From the NCBI GenBank assembly GCA_963663035.1, contig OY760074.1, positions 2,048,001-2,112,000 on the forward strand: DNA of 64,000 nucleotides, in the 5' to 3' direction. The DNA is from Acidobacteriota bacterium (GTDB lineage: Bacteria; Acidobacteriota; UBA6911; RPQK01; JADFOI01). The notes below the pieces were generated by a model. It saw nothing but the letters and a program-made list of their open reading frames with translations. It was not told where the DNA came from and made no database searches. The translations under genes and the position numbers were made by a program. Of this stretch, positions 20,037 through 30,644 are shown piece by piece (position 1 is the first letter of the stretch; every line of letters begins with the position of its first letter).

Positions 20037-20552
20037 TTATGAATCGGGCAGTTCCATAGGATGATCGGCGCTGCCCCCATATATCTGAGGGACCTTAGCA
20101 CCCATGGGTCTTAGGTAGGCGGACAACTGCCCCCGGTGATGCACCGAATGGCGGATCATGAACGACAAAAAGCCGATAGCCGGTAAGTTAAAGACACCCA
20201 TGAGGGACACTTCCTGGGTCAACCGCTCCCCTGAGAGAGACTTCACCTGCTCTATCAGAGTCGGTATTCTCTCGTTATAGAGGTCAATGGCGTCGGCCAC
20301 CGAAGTCACTTCGGAGTCGTTCCCTTGGGGGGGCACAGGACCAAACTGACCGTCGATCACCGCCTGGAGAAACCACACATCCTCTAAAGAGATATGGCGT
20401 GCAAGCTCCAGGGCGCTCATAGAGTTCGAATGCGGCCTGTAGTCGCGCTCTTCTTCAGGAACAGCTTTGAAAACTCTCACATTGGTCTCGACTTCCTGGG
20501 TAAGGATGGGAATATAAAAATCGGCCATGGCTCTCGCGCTTTCCGAATTCAT
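20037..20552 (-). CDS. DinB family protein
   Basis: LARHI and HSVHHRGQLSAYLR...VPQIYG motifs. Confidence 0.9.
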   Translation of the reverse strand: MNSESARAMADFYIPILTQEVETNVRVFKAVPEEERDYRPHSNSMSALELARHISLEDVWFLQAVIDGQFGPVPPQGNDSEVTSVADAIDLYNERIPTLIEQVKSLSGERLTQEVSLMGVFNLPAIGFLSFMIRHSVHHRGQLSAYLRPMGAKVPQIYGGSADHPMELPDS

Positions 20553-20617
20553 GAGTCTCTCCTCCTGACAGTTCTCTGGATGGTTTTAGAAATCGTCTGT
20601 AAGTTACTGAAACAAAA

Positions 20618-20695
20618 TGGTACGCCCGACAGGATTCGAACCTGTGACCTTTGGTTCCGGAGACCAACGCTCTATCCGTGCTGAGCTACGGGCGC
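20618..20695 (-). tRNA. tRNA-Arg(CCG)
   Basis: GCGCCCGTAGCTCAG...CTCCGGA...GGTTCGAATCC...ACCA. Confidence 0.96.
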
Positions 20696-20761
20696 ATGGA
20701 TTTTAGATTCCGAAGTTTAGCAGAATAGCCACCAGCGGTCGATTGGGAACTTGTGTCTGGA

Positions 20762-20790
20762 TTGACATGCATTCCAGGGCGGGGTATAGT
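20762..20790 (+). promoter_or_regulatory. sigma70 promoter of the RRM gene
   Basis: TTGACA-17-TATAGT. Confidence 0.75.
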
Positions 20791-20996
20791 GCAGGGGATT
20801 GCCCTAGTTTAAGGCCTCCCGAGGGTGTCGATGAAAACAATATATAAAAGGCCTTTATTCAAGTCTAACCTTGCGAAGATCCCCCAAGGAACAACCGACC
20901 AGAATCGTGACACCGAGTAAAAAGTTACCGTGTTCTGCTCCTTTCGAGGTCAAAATTTCAGGGTTGATGACAGTAACATTCTCTTAGGAGGAGAAC

Positions 20997-21299
20997 ATGA
21001 GCAGTAACAAATTGTATGTAGGTGGTTTGCCGTATTCCGTTACGGACGACAAGCTACAGGAACTTTTCTCGCCACACGGCACAGTAGAATCAGCCCGCGT
21101 GATTACAGACCGAATGACTGGTCGGTCACGGGGCTTTGGTTTCGTGGAAATGAGCTCTCAGGCTGAGGCTGAAGAAGCGACCAAGAACCTGAACGGCACT
21201 GATCTCGAAGGTCGAAGCCTTACGGTAAACGAGGCCAAACCACAGCAGCCCCGATCAGGCGGCGGCGGTGGCGGCGGCGGCGGCGGCGACCGCTGGTAA
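20997..21299 (+). CDS. RRM RNA-binding protein with Gly-rich tail
   Basis: RNP2 LYVGGL and RNP1 RGFGFVEM. Confidence 0.95.
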   Translation: MSSNKLYVGGLPYSVTDDKLQELFSPHGTVESARVITDRMTGRSRGFGFVEMSSQAEAEEATKNLNGTDLEGRSLTVNEAKPQQPRSGGGGGGGGGGDRW

Positions 21300-21320
21300 T
21301 CTCATAGGATAAGCGCAAAG

Positions 21321-21349
21321 AAGAGGCGTCAGGTCGGTTCGCCTCTTTT
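21321..21349 (+). terminator. Putative intrinsic terminator
   Basis: AAGAGGCG...CGCCTCTT followed by a T run. Confidence 0.55.
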
Positions 21350-21463
21350 AGCCTGCATTTCCCACACTAGAATAACTGAATCCCCTCCACCAGTGTCTCG
21401 GCCTCTCTTCTCAGCTCCTTTAGTGGAATGACGACTGTTATAGTACAATAGAGATCAATTATT

Positions 21464-22030
21464 ATGCTTGCGATCATTCTTCTACTGCTACTTCTTTCCC
21501 CTGCATGGAGCCTTGCACAGGAAACCGAAGAACCTTCTCTGGCTGAGGTTGCACGCAGAGAGCGTGAGCGCAGAGCCAACTTGACAGGGGAGTTCCGGAT
21601 CATCACCGAAGCCAACTTGAAGGATTTCGTAGGTCTTGTGAGTACAAGTGGGAATCCTCCGACTGCAGCTTCCAGAAGAACGGACGTGGGCGAATCCGGA
21701 TCAGAAGAGAATTCTGAAGACGCCAAGGAAACTCCTGCGGCCTGGCCGGCATTATTCCACGAGGCTCGCCTGGACCTTGCCAACGCTGTGAATCGAGGTC
21801 GCGTCCTAGAGCTCAAAATGACTGACCTCCAAAGCGCATGGTTGCGCGAGGACGACGGTTCGGCACAAGGCAGGATCCAACAACAGTTGCAGGAAACCCA
21901 GCAGCAGATCGAAAGCAACGATCGAGAGACTCAAGCTACCAGAGAAACCTTTCAAGCACTGCAACTCGAAGCTGAACAGGCAGGCGTGTTCCCGGCAGTC
22001 ATTCGCGAACTCGTGGGTGAACTCCCCTAG
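21464..22030 (+). CDS. Exported coiled-coil hypothetical protein
   Basis: Signal peptide, SLAEVARRERERR, helical C-terminus. Confidence 0.7.
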   Translation: MLAIILLLLLLSPAWSLAQETEEPSLAEVARRERERRANLTGEFRIITEANLKDFVGLVSTSGNPPTAASRRTDVGESGSEENSEDAKETPAAWPALFHEARLDLANAVNRGRVLELKMTDLQSAWLREDDGSAQGRIQQQLQETQQQIESNDRETQATRETFQALQLEAEQAGVFPAVIRELVGELP

Positions 22031-22287
22031 CGACGATAGACACACCTCTTGGTGTTTTCTGTTCAGAAACATTCCCGTCTTCGACGAAAAAGCTTCAAAG
22101 AAGTAAAAAAACTCACCTGCCGGGCACTTCTGGTGACGGCCGTCACTGAAGAGTGCTTGGGATATCGCTAGAATCTCTCCTATGAAAGTGGCTGTGTTTG
22201 TCTTTGAGGACAAACCAATAACGAATAGGTAGGGGTTTAAAGAAGAAAAGAAAATTCTAAAAAATATTCAAGACAGGGGGTGCTTTA

Positions 22288-23016
22288 ATGAAGAGTCTAT
22301 GTTTTCTGCTTTCGTTCTTGGTCGCCTTTTCAGCCGGTCTCTATGGACAAGAGGAACTCTCAATACAAGATATCATTGACCTGGTACACGCCGGACTCAG
22401 TGATTCATTCGTTCTCCAGAAGATCCGCATCAGCACACTGGAATACGAACCTTCTGTAGAAGACCTCGTCGAGCTCCGAAGAGCAGGGGTTTCGGAAAGA
22501 ATCATCCTGTCGCTGATGGGAGTAACGTCACAAACAAGGCTGACTTCACAGGTCAGATATACATCTGAAGGGGCAATCTACCACGGGTTTGAACTCTTTG
22601 CTGGCTACTCCTATGGACTTTTTGATGGAAATGTCAACCTCCAGGGTTGGAATCTGTCCACTGGTCATAATGTCAACCGTTGGTTCGGAATAACCTTCGA
22701 CGGATCCGGTTTCTATACTAATGGAGTAACCTCAAATGTCCATACCGGCTTGGTCGGACCACAGTTTGCCGTTCGTGTCTCCCGACTGGTAACTCCCTAT
22801 GTGCGGGACCTGGTCGGTTATGCTCATGTAAGAGGAGGCATCTTAGGTGTTGTCGGCAACGCTTCAGGACTTGCCTACGGAGGTGGTGCAGGAGTGGATG
22901 TAAAGGTCACTGAAGAACTGGCAGTAAGGGCGGTCCAGGTCGATTTTATACGAATCGAGGTTGGAAACTTTGCAGACCAAATTCGAACATCCTTCGGAAT
23001 CGTTCGAAGATGGTAA
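22288..23016 (+). CDS. Outer-membrane beta-barrel protein with N-terminal helical domain
   Basis: Signal peptide; LVELRRAGVSERII; alternating beta strands; terminal W. Confidence 0.75.
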   Translation: MKSLCFLLSFLVAFSAGLYGQEELSIQDIIDLVHAGLSDSFVLQKIRISTLEYEPSVEDLVELRRAGVSERIILSLMGVTSQTRLTSQVRYTSEGAIYHGFELFAGYSYGLFDGNVNLQGWNLSTGHNVNRWFGITFDGSGFYTNGVTSNVHTGLVGPQFAVRVSRLVTPYVRDLVGYAHVRGGILGVVGNASGLAYGGGAGVDVKVTEELAVRAVQVDFIRIEVGNFADQIRTSFGIVRRW

Positions 23017-23069
23017 GATTTTTACCTGGCTTAGCCACTAGGTGAACTGAGCATCCGTACTCTCTTGTC

Positions 23070-23702
23070 TCAATCCACCCAGAGGATCTCGGAATCAGAA
23101 TCTTCAGGAAGGATTTGAGCCAGAAACACCAAGAGTTTGTTCTGCTCTTCGGCGGCCAGGTGCAGGAACTCCAGAGCCACAAGGTTATCGGTCTCTCCCT
23201 TGTGGCTCATCGGCTCATATCGAACAACCCACCCCACCGCCCTGACCGCTTCGGATAGAGATAAAAGAAAGCTGATCTCCAGCTTATCTCTCAGTCTCAG
23301 TGGAACAGGGGTACGAAAAGCCAGTCCACCCACACTGATGTTTTCAGTCTCGGCGTTGAGCACTCTCTGTCCGATGAGTCGACTGTCCGCAGCGTCAATG
23401 ATAGTAAATGAGAAGGAGATCGGATAAGACACTCGCTGGGCCTTCCTGCGTTGCACTGAGATCTCTTCTCTGGGACCTGCGATGGTCAGTAGTTGGTTTG
23501 AAGGGCCGGATACGTTGAGGATCTCGGAGTTGAAAGAGTAGGCCGCTTGTTGGTTCCAATATTTCACCTGCACCTGCTCTCCTGGTGAAAAGGGCCGTGC
23601 TGAGGACGAACAAAACAATTCTAACCAGACTTGATTGGAAGAGATTTTCGCCACAGTGGCGGCACGTTCGGTACCCACTTCCGCCAAGGGAGAAAGGGAC
23701 AC
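23070..23702 (-). CDS. PilZ-domain protein (YcgR-like); start uncertain
   Basis: RRKAQR and NISVGG motifs. Confidence 0.85.
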   Translation of the reverse strand: MSLSPLAEVGTERAATVAKISSNQVWLELFCSSSARPFSPGEQVQVKYWNQQAAYSFNSEILNVSGPSNQLLTIAGPREEISVQRRKAQRVSYPISFSFTIIDAADSRLIGQRVLNAETENISVGGLAFRTPVPLRLRDKLEISFLLSLSEAVRAVGWVVRYEPMSHKGETDNLVALEFLHLAAEEQNKLLVFLAQILPEDSDSEILWVD

Positions 23703-23844
23703 TGTGTGATCCAGGAGAAGGTGATGATCCGAACCAAGCGTTAAGACTTCCGCAAACTTCAGATCTTTACAATCGACTAATGTGCTAAAGATATCGATAC
23801 CCCGCTGTTCTCCGATGGTTTGCTGCTGTGGAGATTTCGTCTAG

Positions 23845-25483
23845 CCCGGATTATTCATAAATTCTGAAGAAGGGGTCTGATCGAGGGCACAAAAAGATGC
23901 CGTACCTCTTTGATATAAAAGGGGTTATGAAACAACTCCAAACCAAAAAGGTACGGCCCAGCGATGCATCAGTCTGCCAGATCAACTTGCCATCTCACCC
24001 TGACAGAAAAGTGGTGGCTCGATTCGATGGAGGCCGGCTCTCCTCCGATGCCGGGCTGCTGTGTCTGTACGCCCTGGATCAACAGCACGGACTGACGGCT
24101 GGCTTTGCCTCCTGCCTGAAGGACGCTCGAGATAGCCGCTACGTCCGCCACCAGATTCGCGAACTGCTCACCCAGCGCAGCTTTCAGATCGTGGCCGGCT
24201 ATGAGGACTGCAACGATGCCGACAGCTTGCGCTCGGATCCCATCTTCAAGACCGTGTGTGATCGGCTGCCGGAAAGCGATCCGGATCTGGCTTCTCAACC
24301 CACGCTGTCGCGACTGGAGAACTCGGTGGACTCGAAGGATCTCACTCGCCTGGGACAGTGGCTGCTGGAGACCTACTTGAAGCACCGCAAGAAGAGCCGG
24401 CCCGAGAAGATCATCCTGGACATCGACAGCACGGATGACGTCACGCATGGGCAGCAGGAGTTCAGCTTTTACCACGGCTATTATCGCGAGCACATGTATC
24501 ATCCGCTGTTGCTATTCGATGGCGAGACGGGCGATCTGGTATGTGCGCTACTGCGGCCCGGCAACCAGGGGGCGGCCGCCCACGCGGTGGCGGTTCTCAA
24601 ACGGGTGGTGGCCCGGATGCGCCAGGTTCTGGGATCCGATGTTCCGATCGAAGTGCGAGCCGACAGTGGCTTTGCGACGCCGGCACTGTACGAGTTCTGT
24701 GAGGAGGAAAAACTGCAGTATGTGGTGGGCTTTGCCCGCAACTCCCGGCTGGCGGCCACCGTCGAGCCCTTGGTTGAGCAGGTGCAAGCAGACTATGACG
24801 ACTCAGGAGAAAAGCAACGCCAGTTCACCGAGCTCGTCTATCAGGCCGACAGTTGGGACCGGGAGCGGCGCATGGTGGCCAAGGTGGAAGTGAGCGAGCG
24901 CGGGTTCAACCGTCGCTTTGTGGTCACCAACCGCCAGGATCTCACGGCCGGGCAGCTGTATGACCACTACATCGGACGGGGCCAGTGCGAGAACTTCGTG
25001 AAAGCTTTCAAAAAAGATCTGGCCATGGATCGCTTGAGCTGCCACCGTTTCCTGGCCAACCAGTTCCGACTCTTCATCCACGCCCTGGCCTATGTCTTAA
25101 TCCTGCGCCTGCGGGATTACCTGTGCGGGACTCCCTGGCACAACCTGGAGATTGAGACGCTCCGCCGCCGCCTGTTCAAAATCGGTGCCCGGGTTCGGGA
25201 AACTTCTCGTCGCATCTGGGTGCACCTGGCATCGTCTTATCCCGAACAAAAGCTCTTCGCATTACTGATGCACCGTCTGTGTCCCACCTGACGGTCCCCT
25301 GACTCCCTGCGCCAACACAGATATACAGCCCCCTGCGGGCCGAGCTGTTTCCGGAAGGGGCTCTCGCTTCATCTCTATTCGGCTCAACAAGCTTGGACGC
25401 CTTGTAATCGCACCTGAACACACTCTCAGCCCTGAACTTCCGCAGAAAATCGACACTCACCCCAAACTTATGAATAATTGCGG
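23845..25483 (+). mobile_element. Full IS1380-family element, 1639 bp, CTAG target duplication
   Basis: IRs CCCGGATTATTCATAA / CCGCAATTATTCATAA; CTAG at 23841-44 and 25484-87. Confidence 0.95.
23897..25291 (+). CDS. IS1380 transposase (DDE)
   Basis: FDGGRLSSDAG, LASQPTLSRLEN, LDIDST, RADSGF and RGQCEN. Confidence 0.95.
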   Translation: MPYLFDIKGVMKQLQTKKVRPSDASVCQINLPSHPDRKVVARFDGGRLSSDAGLLCLYALDQQHGLTAGFASCLKDARDSRYVRHQIRELLTQRSFQIVAGYEDCNDADSLRSDPIFKTVCDRLPESDPDLASQPTLSRLENSVDSKDLTRLGQWLLETYLKHRKKSRPEKIILDIDSTDDVTHGQQEFSFYHGYYREHMYHPLLLFDGETGDLVCALLRPGNQGAAAHAVAVLKRVVARMRQVLGSDVPIEVRADSGFATPALYEFCEEEKLQYVVGFARNSRLAATVEPLVEQVQADYDDSGEKQRQFTELVYQADSWDRERRMVAKVEVSERGFNRRFVVTNRQDLTAGQLYDHYIGRGQCENFVKAFKKDLAMDRLSCHRFLANQFRLFIHALAYVLILRLRDYLCGTPWHNLEIETLRRRLFKIGARVRETSRRIWVHLASSYPEQKLFALLMHRLCPT

Positions 25484-25595
25484 CTAGTGTATCGATAATG
25501 GCAGGAACCGTGCTGTGACTGCCATCACCACACTGAGGGGAGTACTTCGCCGGTTGCACATGTTTTTCGAGTGAGTCTGTGGTAAAGATTAAGGA

Positions 25596-26741
25596 ATGCT
25601 GAAGAATCCGATTAGAATCCGATTTGACAGGAATGAGTTCGCAGGCGCGTTTGGCGATATCGGCACCGATTTCCCTCTGATTATTGCCATGATACTGGCA
25701 GCCGGTTTGGACAGCACCAGTGCATTGGTCATGTTCGGCACGATGCAAATCCTCACGGCCCTGATCTATAGGATGCCTATGCCTGTCCAGCCTCTCAAAG
25801 CCATGGCTGCCATCGTCATCACGCAAGAAATCAGTGGAGATATTTTGTACGGGGGCGGCTTGGCAATTGGGGTTCTTATGTTCATGCTCACCGTAACGAA
25901 ACTCATTGACCTGTTGGCTAAAGTTGTACCCAAGTGCGTAATTAGAGGGATACAATTTGGCTTAGGCATCAAGCTTTCCTTACTGGCATTAGGCGACTAT
26001 GTGGCCTCCGAGGGTACCTACGGTTACTGGCTGGCAGCTGTAGCGTTTATCTTGACCGTTGTTCTTCTGGGAAACCGGAAATTCCCAGCTGCCCTGTTCG
26101 TGATCGCTTTAGGTATCACTTACGCCTTTATCTTCAATGTTGATAGCACTGACTTAGTCGCAAGCGTGGGCATTCGATTGCCGCAATTGCATGTACCTGA
26201 GTGGGCGGACATTCTCACAGGCTTTGTTCTTTTGGCCATACCCCAAATCCCACTTTCTCTTGGCAATTCGGTCCTGGCCACCAAACAAGTGTCTGACGAT
26301 CTGTTCCCGGATAGAAAATCTCTCACGGTGCGCAAGATCAGTTTTACCTATTCCTTCATGAATTTGATCAACCCTCTCTTCAGCGGGATACCCACTTGTC
26401 ACGGCTCAGGAGGAATGGCGGGACACTATACCTTCGGCGGCAGAACGGGCGGCTCAGTAGTCATTTACGGATCGATGTATCTCTTTGTAGGACTTTTCCT
26501 CAGCAAGGGATTCGAGACTGTCATTCATATCTTCCCTTTGCCGGTATTGGGAGTGATACTTCTATTTGAAGGGATTGCCTTAATGTTATTCATCAGGGAT
26601 ATCGTGCCATCGAAATCGGAGTTCAGTATCGCTAGCCTGGTTGCCCTGATGGCAGGTGGCTTAGCCTACGGCTTTGTCGTGGGACTGTTAGTGGGCACCT
26701 CGTTGTATTACTTGTCCAAAAGAGGAATGGTAGGAGTCTAG
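25596..26741 (+). CDS. Putative molybdate/sulfate transporter (MOT1-like)
   Basis: GAFGDIGT, PMPVQPLKA and PTCHGSGGMAGHYTFGGRTG. Confidence 0.88.
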   Translation: MLKNPIRIRFDRNEFAGAFGDIGTDFPLIIAMILAAGLDSTSALVMFGTMQILTALIYRMPMPVQPLKAMAAIVITQEISGDILYGGGLAIGVLMFMLTVTKLIDLLAKVVPKCVIRGIQFGLGIKLSLLALGDYVASEGTYGYWLAAVAFILTVVLLGNRKFPAALFVIALGITYAFIFNVDSTDLVASVGIRLPQLHVPEWADILTGFVLLAIPQIPLSLGNSVLATKQVSDDLFPDRKSLTVRKISFTYSFMNLINPLFSGIPTCHGSGGMAGHYTFGGRTGGSVVIYGSMYLFVGLFLSKGFETVIHIFPLPVLGVILLFEGIALMLFIRDIVPSKSEFSIASLVALMAGGLAYGFVVGLLVGTSLYYLSKRGMVGV

Positions 26742-26948
26742 CCGGGATTATGCAGAAATTTTCTACTGCAGTGCCGCAATCATCCACGCTGACTGCGTTA
26801 TGCGACCCGCAAGCGGGTACCCCTTGGGCTCCTCGGCGTACTGCATGAGTACGCCTGCGGGGCCCGACCCGCAGGCGGGTACCCCTCGCATGCCTTGTCA
26901 TCGCAGCGCCAGCGGCACTTCATCACGAAAACCTATGCATCATCCCGG
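26742..26948. mobile_element. IS1380-like MITE copy 2
   Basis: Ends CCGGGATTATGCA / TGCATCATCCCGG; CTAG duplication; the left copy is the transporter stop codon. Confidence 0.88.
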
Positions 26949-27024
26949 CTAGCCGCAGACAGTTTTGATGAACTGCTCTGGCTGCGAATCATCAGAGCAA
27001 GGGACGGTCGTTATCTGGTGAGAG

Positions 27025-28590
27025 CTATCCGGTTGATGCTTGCTTGGCGAGGATCGGGTTAGCGCCAGCCTTCCGTTCCCTTGAGCTCGCGGGCACCTGC
27101 AGCTCCGGCATGGGTGCCGACTGAAAAAACTTTTGCAGCGGCCTCGCCAACCACGACGCCCAATGGGCTGCCTTGCCGATCCGAGCACTATCGGTGGCCA
27201 ATCCCGTGTTGGCGTACATCTGCCGGTAGAGCTTTGAAATCATGATAAAGGCCAGCCGGGAGCGCAGGGTCGGCGTGCAGCGGGATCGCTGCCAGATTCT
27301 TTTCAGGCTATAAAAACGGTCCCAAACCCCTTGGGTGTTCTGGCGGATCTCCTCAATGGACATCTCCGGATGGGGTATAAACAGCCTCGGTCGAACCGGC
27401 CTGGGAATGAGCCAGAATCTCGTCAGAGGAAAACCTGCAACGCGGGTGGGGTCGTTCTCCATCTTTTTTTCCCAGCGCATAAAGTCCACCGTGCCGGGAA
27501 AAGGGGTCAGGGTTACAAACTGGGCCAAGGCCACCTGGGCAGCCTGAGCCACAGTGACCGTGGTGTCGAAGGTTTCCGTGCGGTCGCTGGACAGCCCAAA
27601 GATAAAGGAGCCCAGGACCTGGACGCCGTGTTCCGGGAAAATTCGGAGCCTTTTCACCAGGTCATCGCCCGACGAGTTGAACTCCTTGTAAACGGCCTTC
27701 AGACCCTCCGGGGTGACCGATTCAACTCCCACCAGGGCTCCCTTGATCCTGGCCCGGCGCATGGCGTCCAGAAATTCCGGATCGTCTGCGGCCTCCATCG
27801 TGATTTGGGTGAAAAAGCACATGTTCTTGGGCAGCTCGGCCAGCCGGTCCATCAATTCAAACCGCTCCTCGCGGATGGCCTTCAGCTCGGCCAGCCGCTC
27901 GGGTTGGTTCCGGCTCTCGGCCAGTCTCAGATCTTCCAGCGTCACCGGATAGAAGTTGTCATCGGCCAGCGCAATGAATCGATACCCCTGACGACGCAGG
28001 TCCACAATCTCTCCCAGGACTCTATCCACTACGGGCTGTCTGGGACGCTGTCCGTCGGTTCGCCACACCGAACAAAAGGAGCAGTGTTTGGGACATCCCC
28101 GCACCGTTTGGACCGATGCCATCATGTAGGCGCGCGGCGGCATCAAATCCCAACGCGCTGCCAGGAACTGGTCGGGCTCGATTTGCCCTCCGTCGTAGAG
28201 GCGTTGGGGACCCCCATTGCTGCAATCCGCCAGCACTTTTTCCCAAATGACGTCTCCATCGCCCTTCACCGCCGCGTGGGCACCCCCAAACTCGTAGGCT
28301 TCCTCCGGATAGAGCGTGGCGTGGATGCCGCCGAAGACCACGTAGGCTCCCCGCTGGCGAGCCGCCCGCCCCACCTCGTAGCCGCGCAGCGCATTCAGAG
28401 TGTGAATCCCGATTCCCACGACGTCGCCCTCTTGAATCTGGGTGAAGTCCATGGGCTCGAGCGTTTCATCTATCACCCGGGGATCTCCGAAGCTGCCTGG
28501 AGTCGCAGCCGCCAGGACATAGAGCCAGCGCGGCGTTATAACCCCTACGCCAAAAGCTACGTCACTGGGATTGACCAGGTGTACACGCAT
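27025..28590 (-). CDS. B12-binding radical SAM protein
   Basis: GGIHATL and RGCPKHCSFC motifs; DDNF. Confidence 0.9.
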   Translation of the reverse strand: MRVHLVNPSDVAFGVGVITPRWLYVLAAATPGSFGDPRVIDETLEPMDFTQIQEGDVVGIGIHTLNALRGYEVGRAARQRGAYVVFGGIHATLYPEEAYEFGGAHAAVKGDGDVIWEKVLADCSNGGPQRLYDGGQIEPDQFLAARWDLMPPRAYMMASVQTVRGCPKHCSFCSVWRTDGQRPRQPVVDRVLGEIVDLRRQGYRFIALADDNFYPVTLEDLRLAESRNQPERLAELKAIREERFELMDRLAELPKNMCFFTQITMEAADDPEFLDAMRRARIKGALVGVESVTPEGLKAVYKEFNSSGDDLVKRLRIFPEHGVQVLGSFIFGLSSDRTETFDTTVTVAQAAQVALAQFVTLTPFPGTVDFMRWEKKMENDPTRVAGFPLTRFWLIPRPVRPRLFIPHPEMSIEEIRQNTQGVWDRFYSLKRIWQRSRCTPTLRSRLAFIMISKLYRQMYANTGLATDSARIGKAAHWASWLARPLQKFFQSAPMPELQVPASSRERKAGANPILAKQASTG

Positions 28591-28676
28591 GGAACGCTCC
28601 CCTTCCCCTGAAACTTGAATTCCGAAGAAAGATTCATTATACAGAGTCACCCTGCAATTGATTGCTCATTTGCGCG

Positions 28677-30527
28677 CTATTCGAGTTCCGCAAACCGTTT
28701 TTCGAACTCCGGCTTCAACCTGTCGTGCTCGTTGATGAGTTCCTCCAGCTCCTCAACGAGGTTCTGAATCTGAGGCTTGAGTACACTGCTGCGCTGCGCC
28801 AGTTTAGCGATCGACTCCCTCTCGCCTTTGGTTGCCGCCTCACACAGCAAAGCTTCGACCTCTTTTGCCTCCTCTTCGCGCGCGGCCATTTCCTTCTCGA
28901 CCCCCTCGATCCGAGCCTTCAAAGGCTTCAGACTCTTGGAACGCTCCGCAACAAGCTCTGCCCGCAGGCGACGCAGCTCTTTACGACTTCTTCCCCGCGC
29001 CGGAGTCCGTTTGGCCACCTGGTTCTGGGAATTCTGCTCTTCTCTCCAGCCCACCCGCTCGAGAAAATCCTGGTAGTTGCCCTCAAACACACAGCTCTGC
29101 CCGCCGTCGAACACGACGAGCCGGTTGGCCACCCGGCGTAGGATCAGCTCACTGTGAGTGACCAACACGACCGCTCCCTCGAAGAGCTCCAACGCATGCA
29201 TAAGGCCCTCGGTCGACTGCATGTCCAGGTGATTGGTGGGCTCGTCCAGAATCAACAGATTGGCAGGGCTCACCAGGAGCTTGCCCAGCAGGACACGACT
29301 CTTCTCGCCACCGGAGAGGACTTGCACTTTCTTGAGGGCATCGTCACCCGGGAACATCATCAGACCGCAAATCTTGCGTGCGGCCCCGCGGCTATGGTCG
29401 GGATGGGCCGATTGGATTTCTTCCTCTATTGTCTTATCAGGATCCAAGCGCTCCACATTATTCTGACCGTAGTAGGCCACCTGAGCCTTGGGATGCAGCT
29501 GAATCTTGCCGGTGACCGGCTGAAGGACATGGGCGAACAACGACAGGAGTGTCGTCTTTCCTCGGCCATTGGGCCCGATAACCGCGATTCGATCCTTTGC
29601 TCCCATCCGAAATTTCAATTCCTCGATCAGGGTCGGCCCATCGGGGTAGTGAAAGGACAGTCCCTCCACATCCATGATCTTCTTGGCCGCAAAGGGAGCG
29701 GCATGGAACCGGAAGCTCAGATCATGGATCTGATCGAGGCGCTCCAGGGTCTCCGCCTTCTCCAGCTTTCTAACGCGCGATTGCACCGCCCTGGCTTTGG
29801 TGGCTTTGGCCCGAAACCGCTGGATGAACCGCTCCTGCTGACGACGATCCCGCTCCTGATTCAGGCGCGTCTTTTCATGGATCTCCTCTTCCTGCACAAT
29901 CTGTGCAAAGACCTTGAGGGTCGTACCTTCCACCTTGCGCAACTTGCGACGCTGAATCGCCATGGTATGGGTCGTCACCTGGTCCATGAACTCGCGATGG
30001 TGGGTGATCAGAATCATCTCGCCACGCCAAGCACAAAGAAAACGCCTCAACCAGCGCATGGAGACAATGTCCAAGTAATTGGTGGGCTCGTCCAACAGCA
30101 GCAGGTTGGGCTCGGAAACCAGCACTTTGGCAAGGTTGAGACGCACCTGATAGCCGCCCGACAGCTTTTCAGGGGAGCACTGCAGCAACTCGCCCTCGAA
30201 CCCCAGACCGTGCAGCGCGGCTTCCGCCCGGTAACTGAGGTCAGTGCCGTCTTCCGACCCGGGGAGTGCGCTGCAGGCCTCGTCCAGAACGCTGTCCTGG
30301 CTGAATTCGAGATGCTGGGACAGATGACCGATCCGATAATGTTTGGGCACCACGATCTCCCCGCCATCCGGCCTCTCGGTTCCGAGAAGAAGCCGGAACA
30401 GGGTGGTCTTGCCGTGCCCATTACGGCCGATAAGTCCGAGACGCTCGCCCGGATTCATCAGAAAGTTGACGTCATCCAACAGTACGTTGGAACCGTAGGA
30501 CTTGGAAAGATTGAGAACACGAATCAT
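28677..30527 (-). CDS. ABC-F family ATPase
   Basis: Two ABC cassettes (GRNGHGKT, GPNGRGKT, LSGG, DEPTN); no TM segments. Confidence 0.93.
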   Translation of the reverse strand: MIRVLNLSKSYGSNVLLDDVNFLMNPGERLGLIGRNGHGKTTLFRLLLGTERPDGGEIVVPKHYRIGHLSQHLEFSQDSVLDEACSALPGSEDGTDLSYRAEAALHGLGFEGELLQCSPEKLSGGYQVRLNLAKVLVSEPNLLLLDEPTNYLDIVSMRWLRRFLCAWRGEMILITHHREFMDQVTTHTMAIQRRKLRKVEGTTLKVFAQIVQEEEIHEKTRLNQERDRRQQERFIQRFRAKATKARAVQSRVRKLEKAETLERLDQIHDLSFRFHAAPFAAKKIMDVEGLSFHYPDGPTLIEELKFRMGAKDRIAVIGPNGRGKTTLLSLFAHVLQPVTGKIQLHPKAQVAYYGQNNVERLDPDKTIEEEIQSAHPDHSRGAARKICGLMMFPGDDALKKVQVLSGGEKSRVLLGKLLVSPANLLILDEPTNHLDMQSTEGLMHALELFEGAVVLVTHSELILRRVANRLVVFDGGQSCVFEGNYQDFLERVGWREEQNSQNQVAKRTPARGRSRKELRRLRAELVAERSKSLKPLKARIEGVEKEMAAREEEAKEVEALLCEAATKGERESIAKLAQRSSVLKPQIQNLVEELEELINEHDRLKPEFEKRFAELE

Positions 30528-30644
30528 GGGAGGCTAAAATTTAGTTGCATAATCTGATCTTGTGAATCCTGAATGCCCCGATAGGGCAGCCACCGCCCCG
30601 TAAAGGGTACACTGTAACGGGGGCTATCTACCATAGCGGAGGAA

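Noticed and set aside
27331-30557. Long antisense ORFs (27331-28611 and 29154-30557; likewise 48293-49423 and 62558-63676)
   Set aside because: They are shadows of well-supported genes on the opposite strand and have no recognisable motifs.
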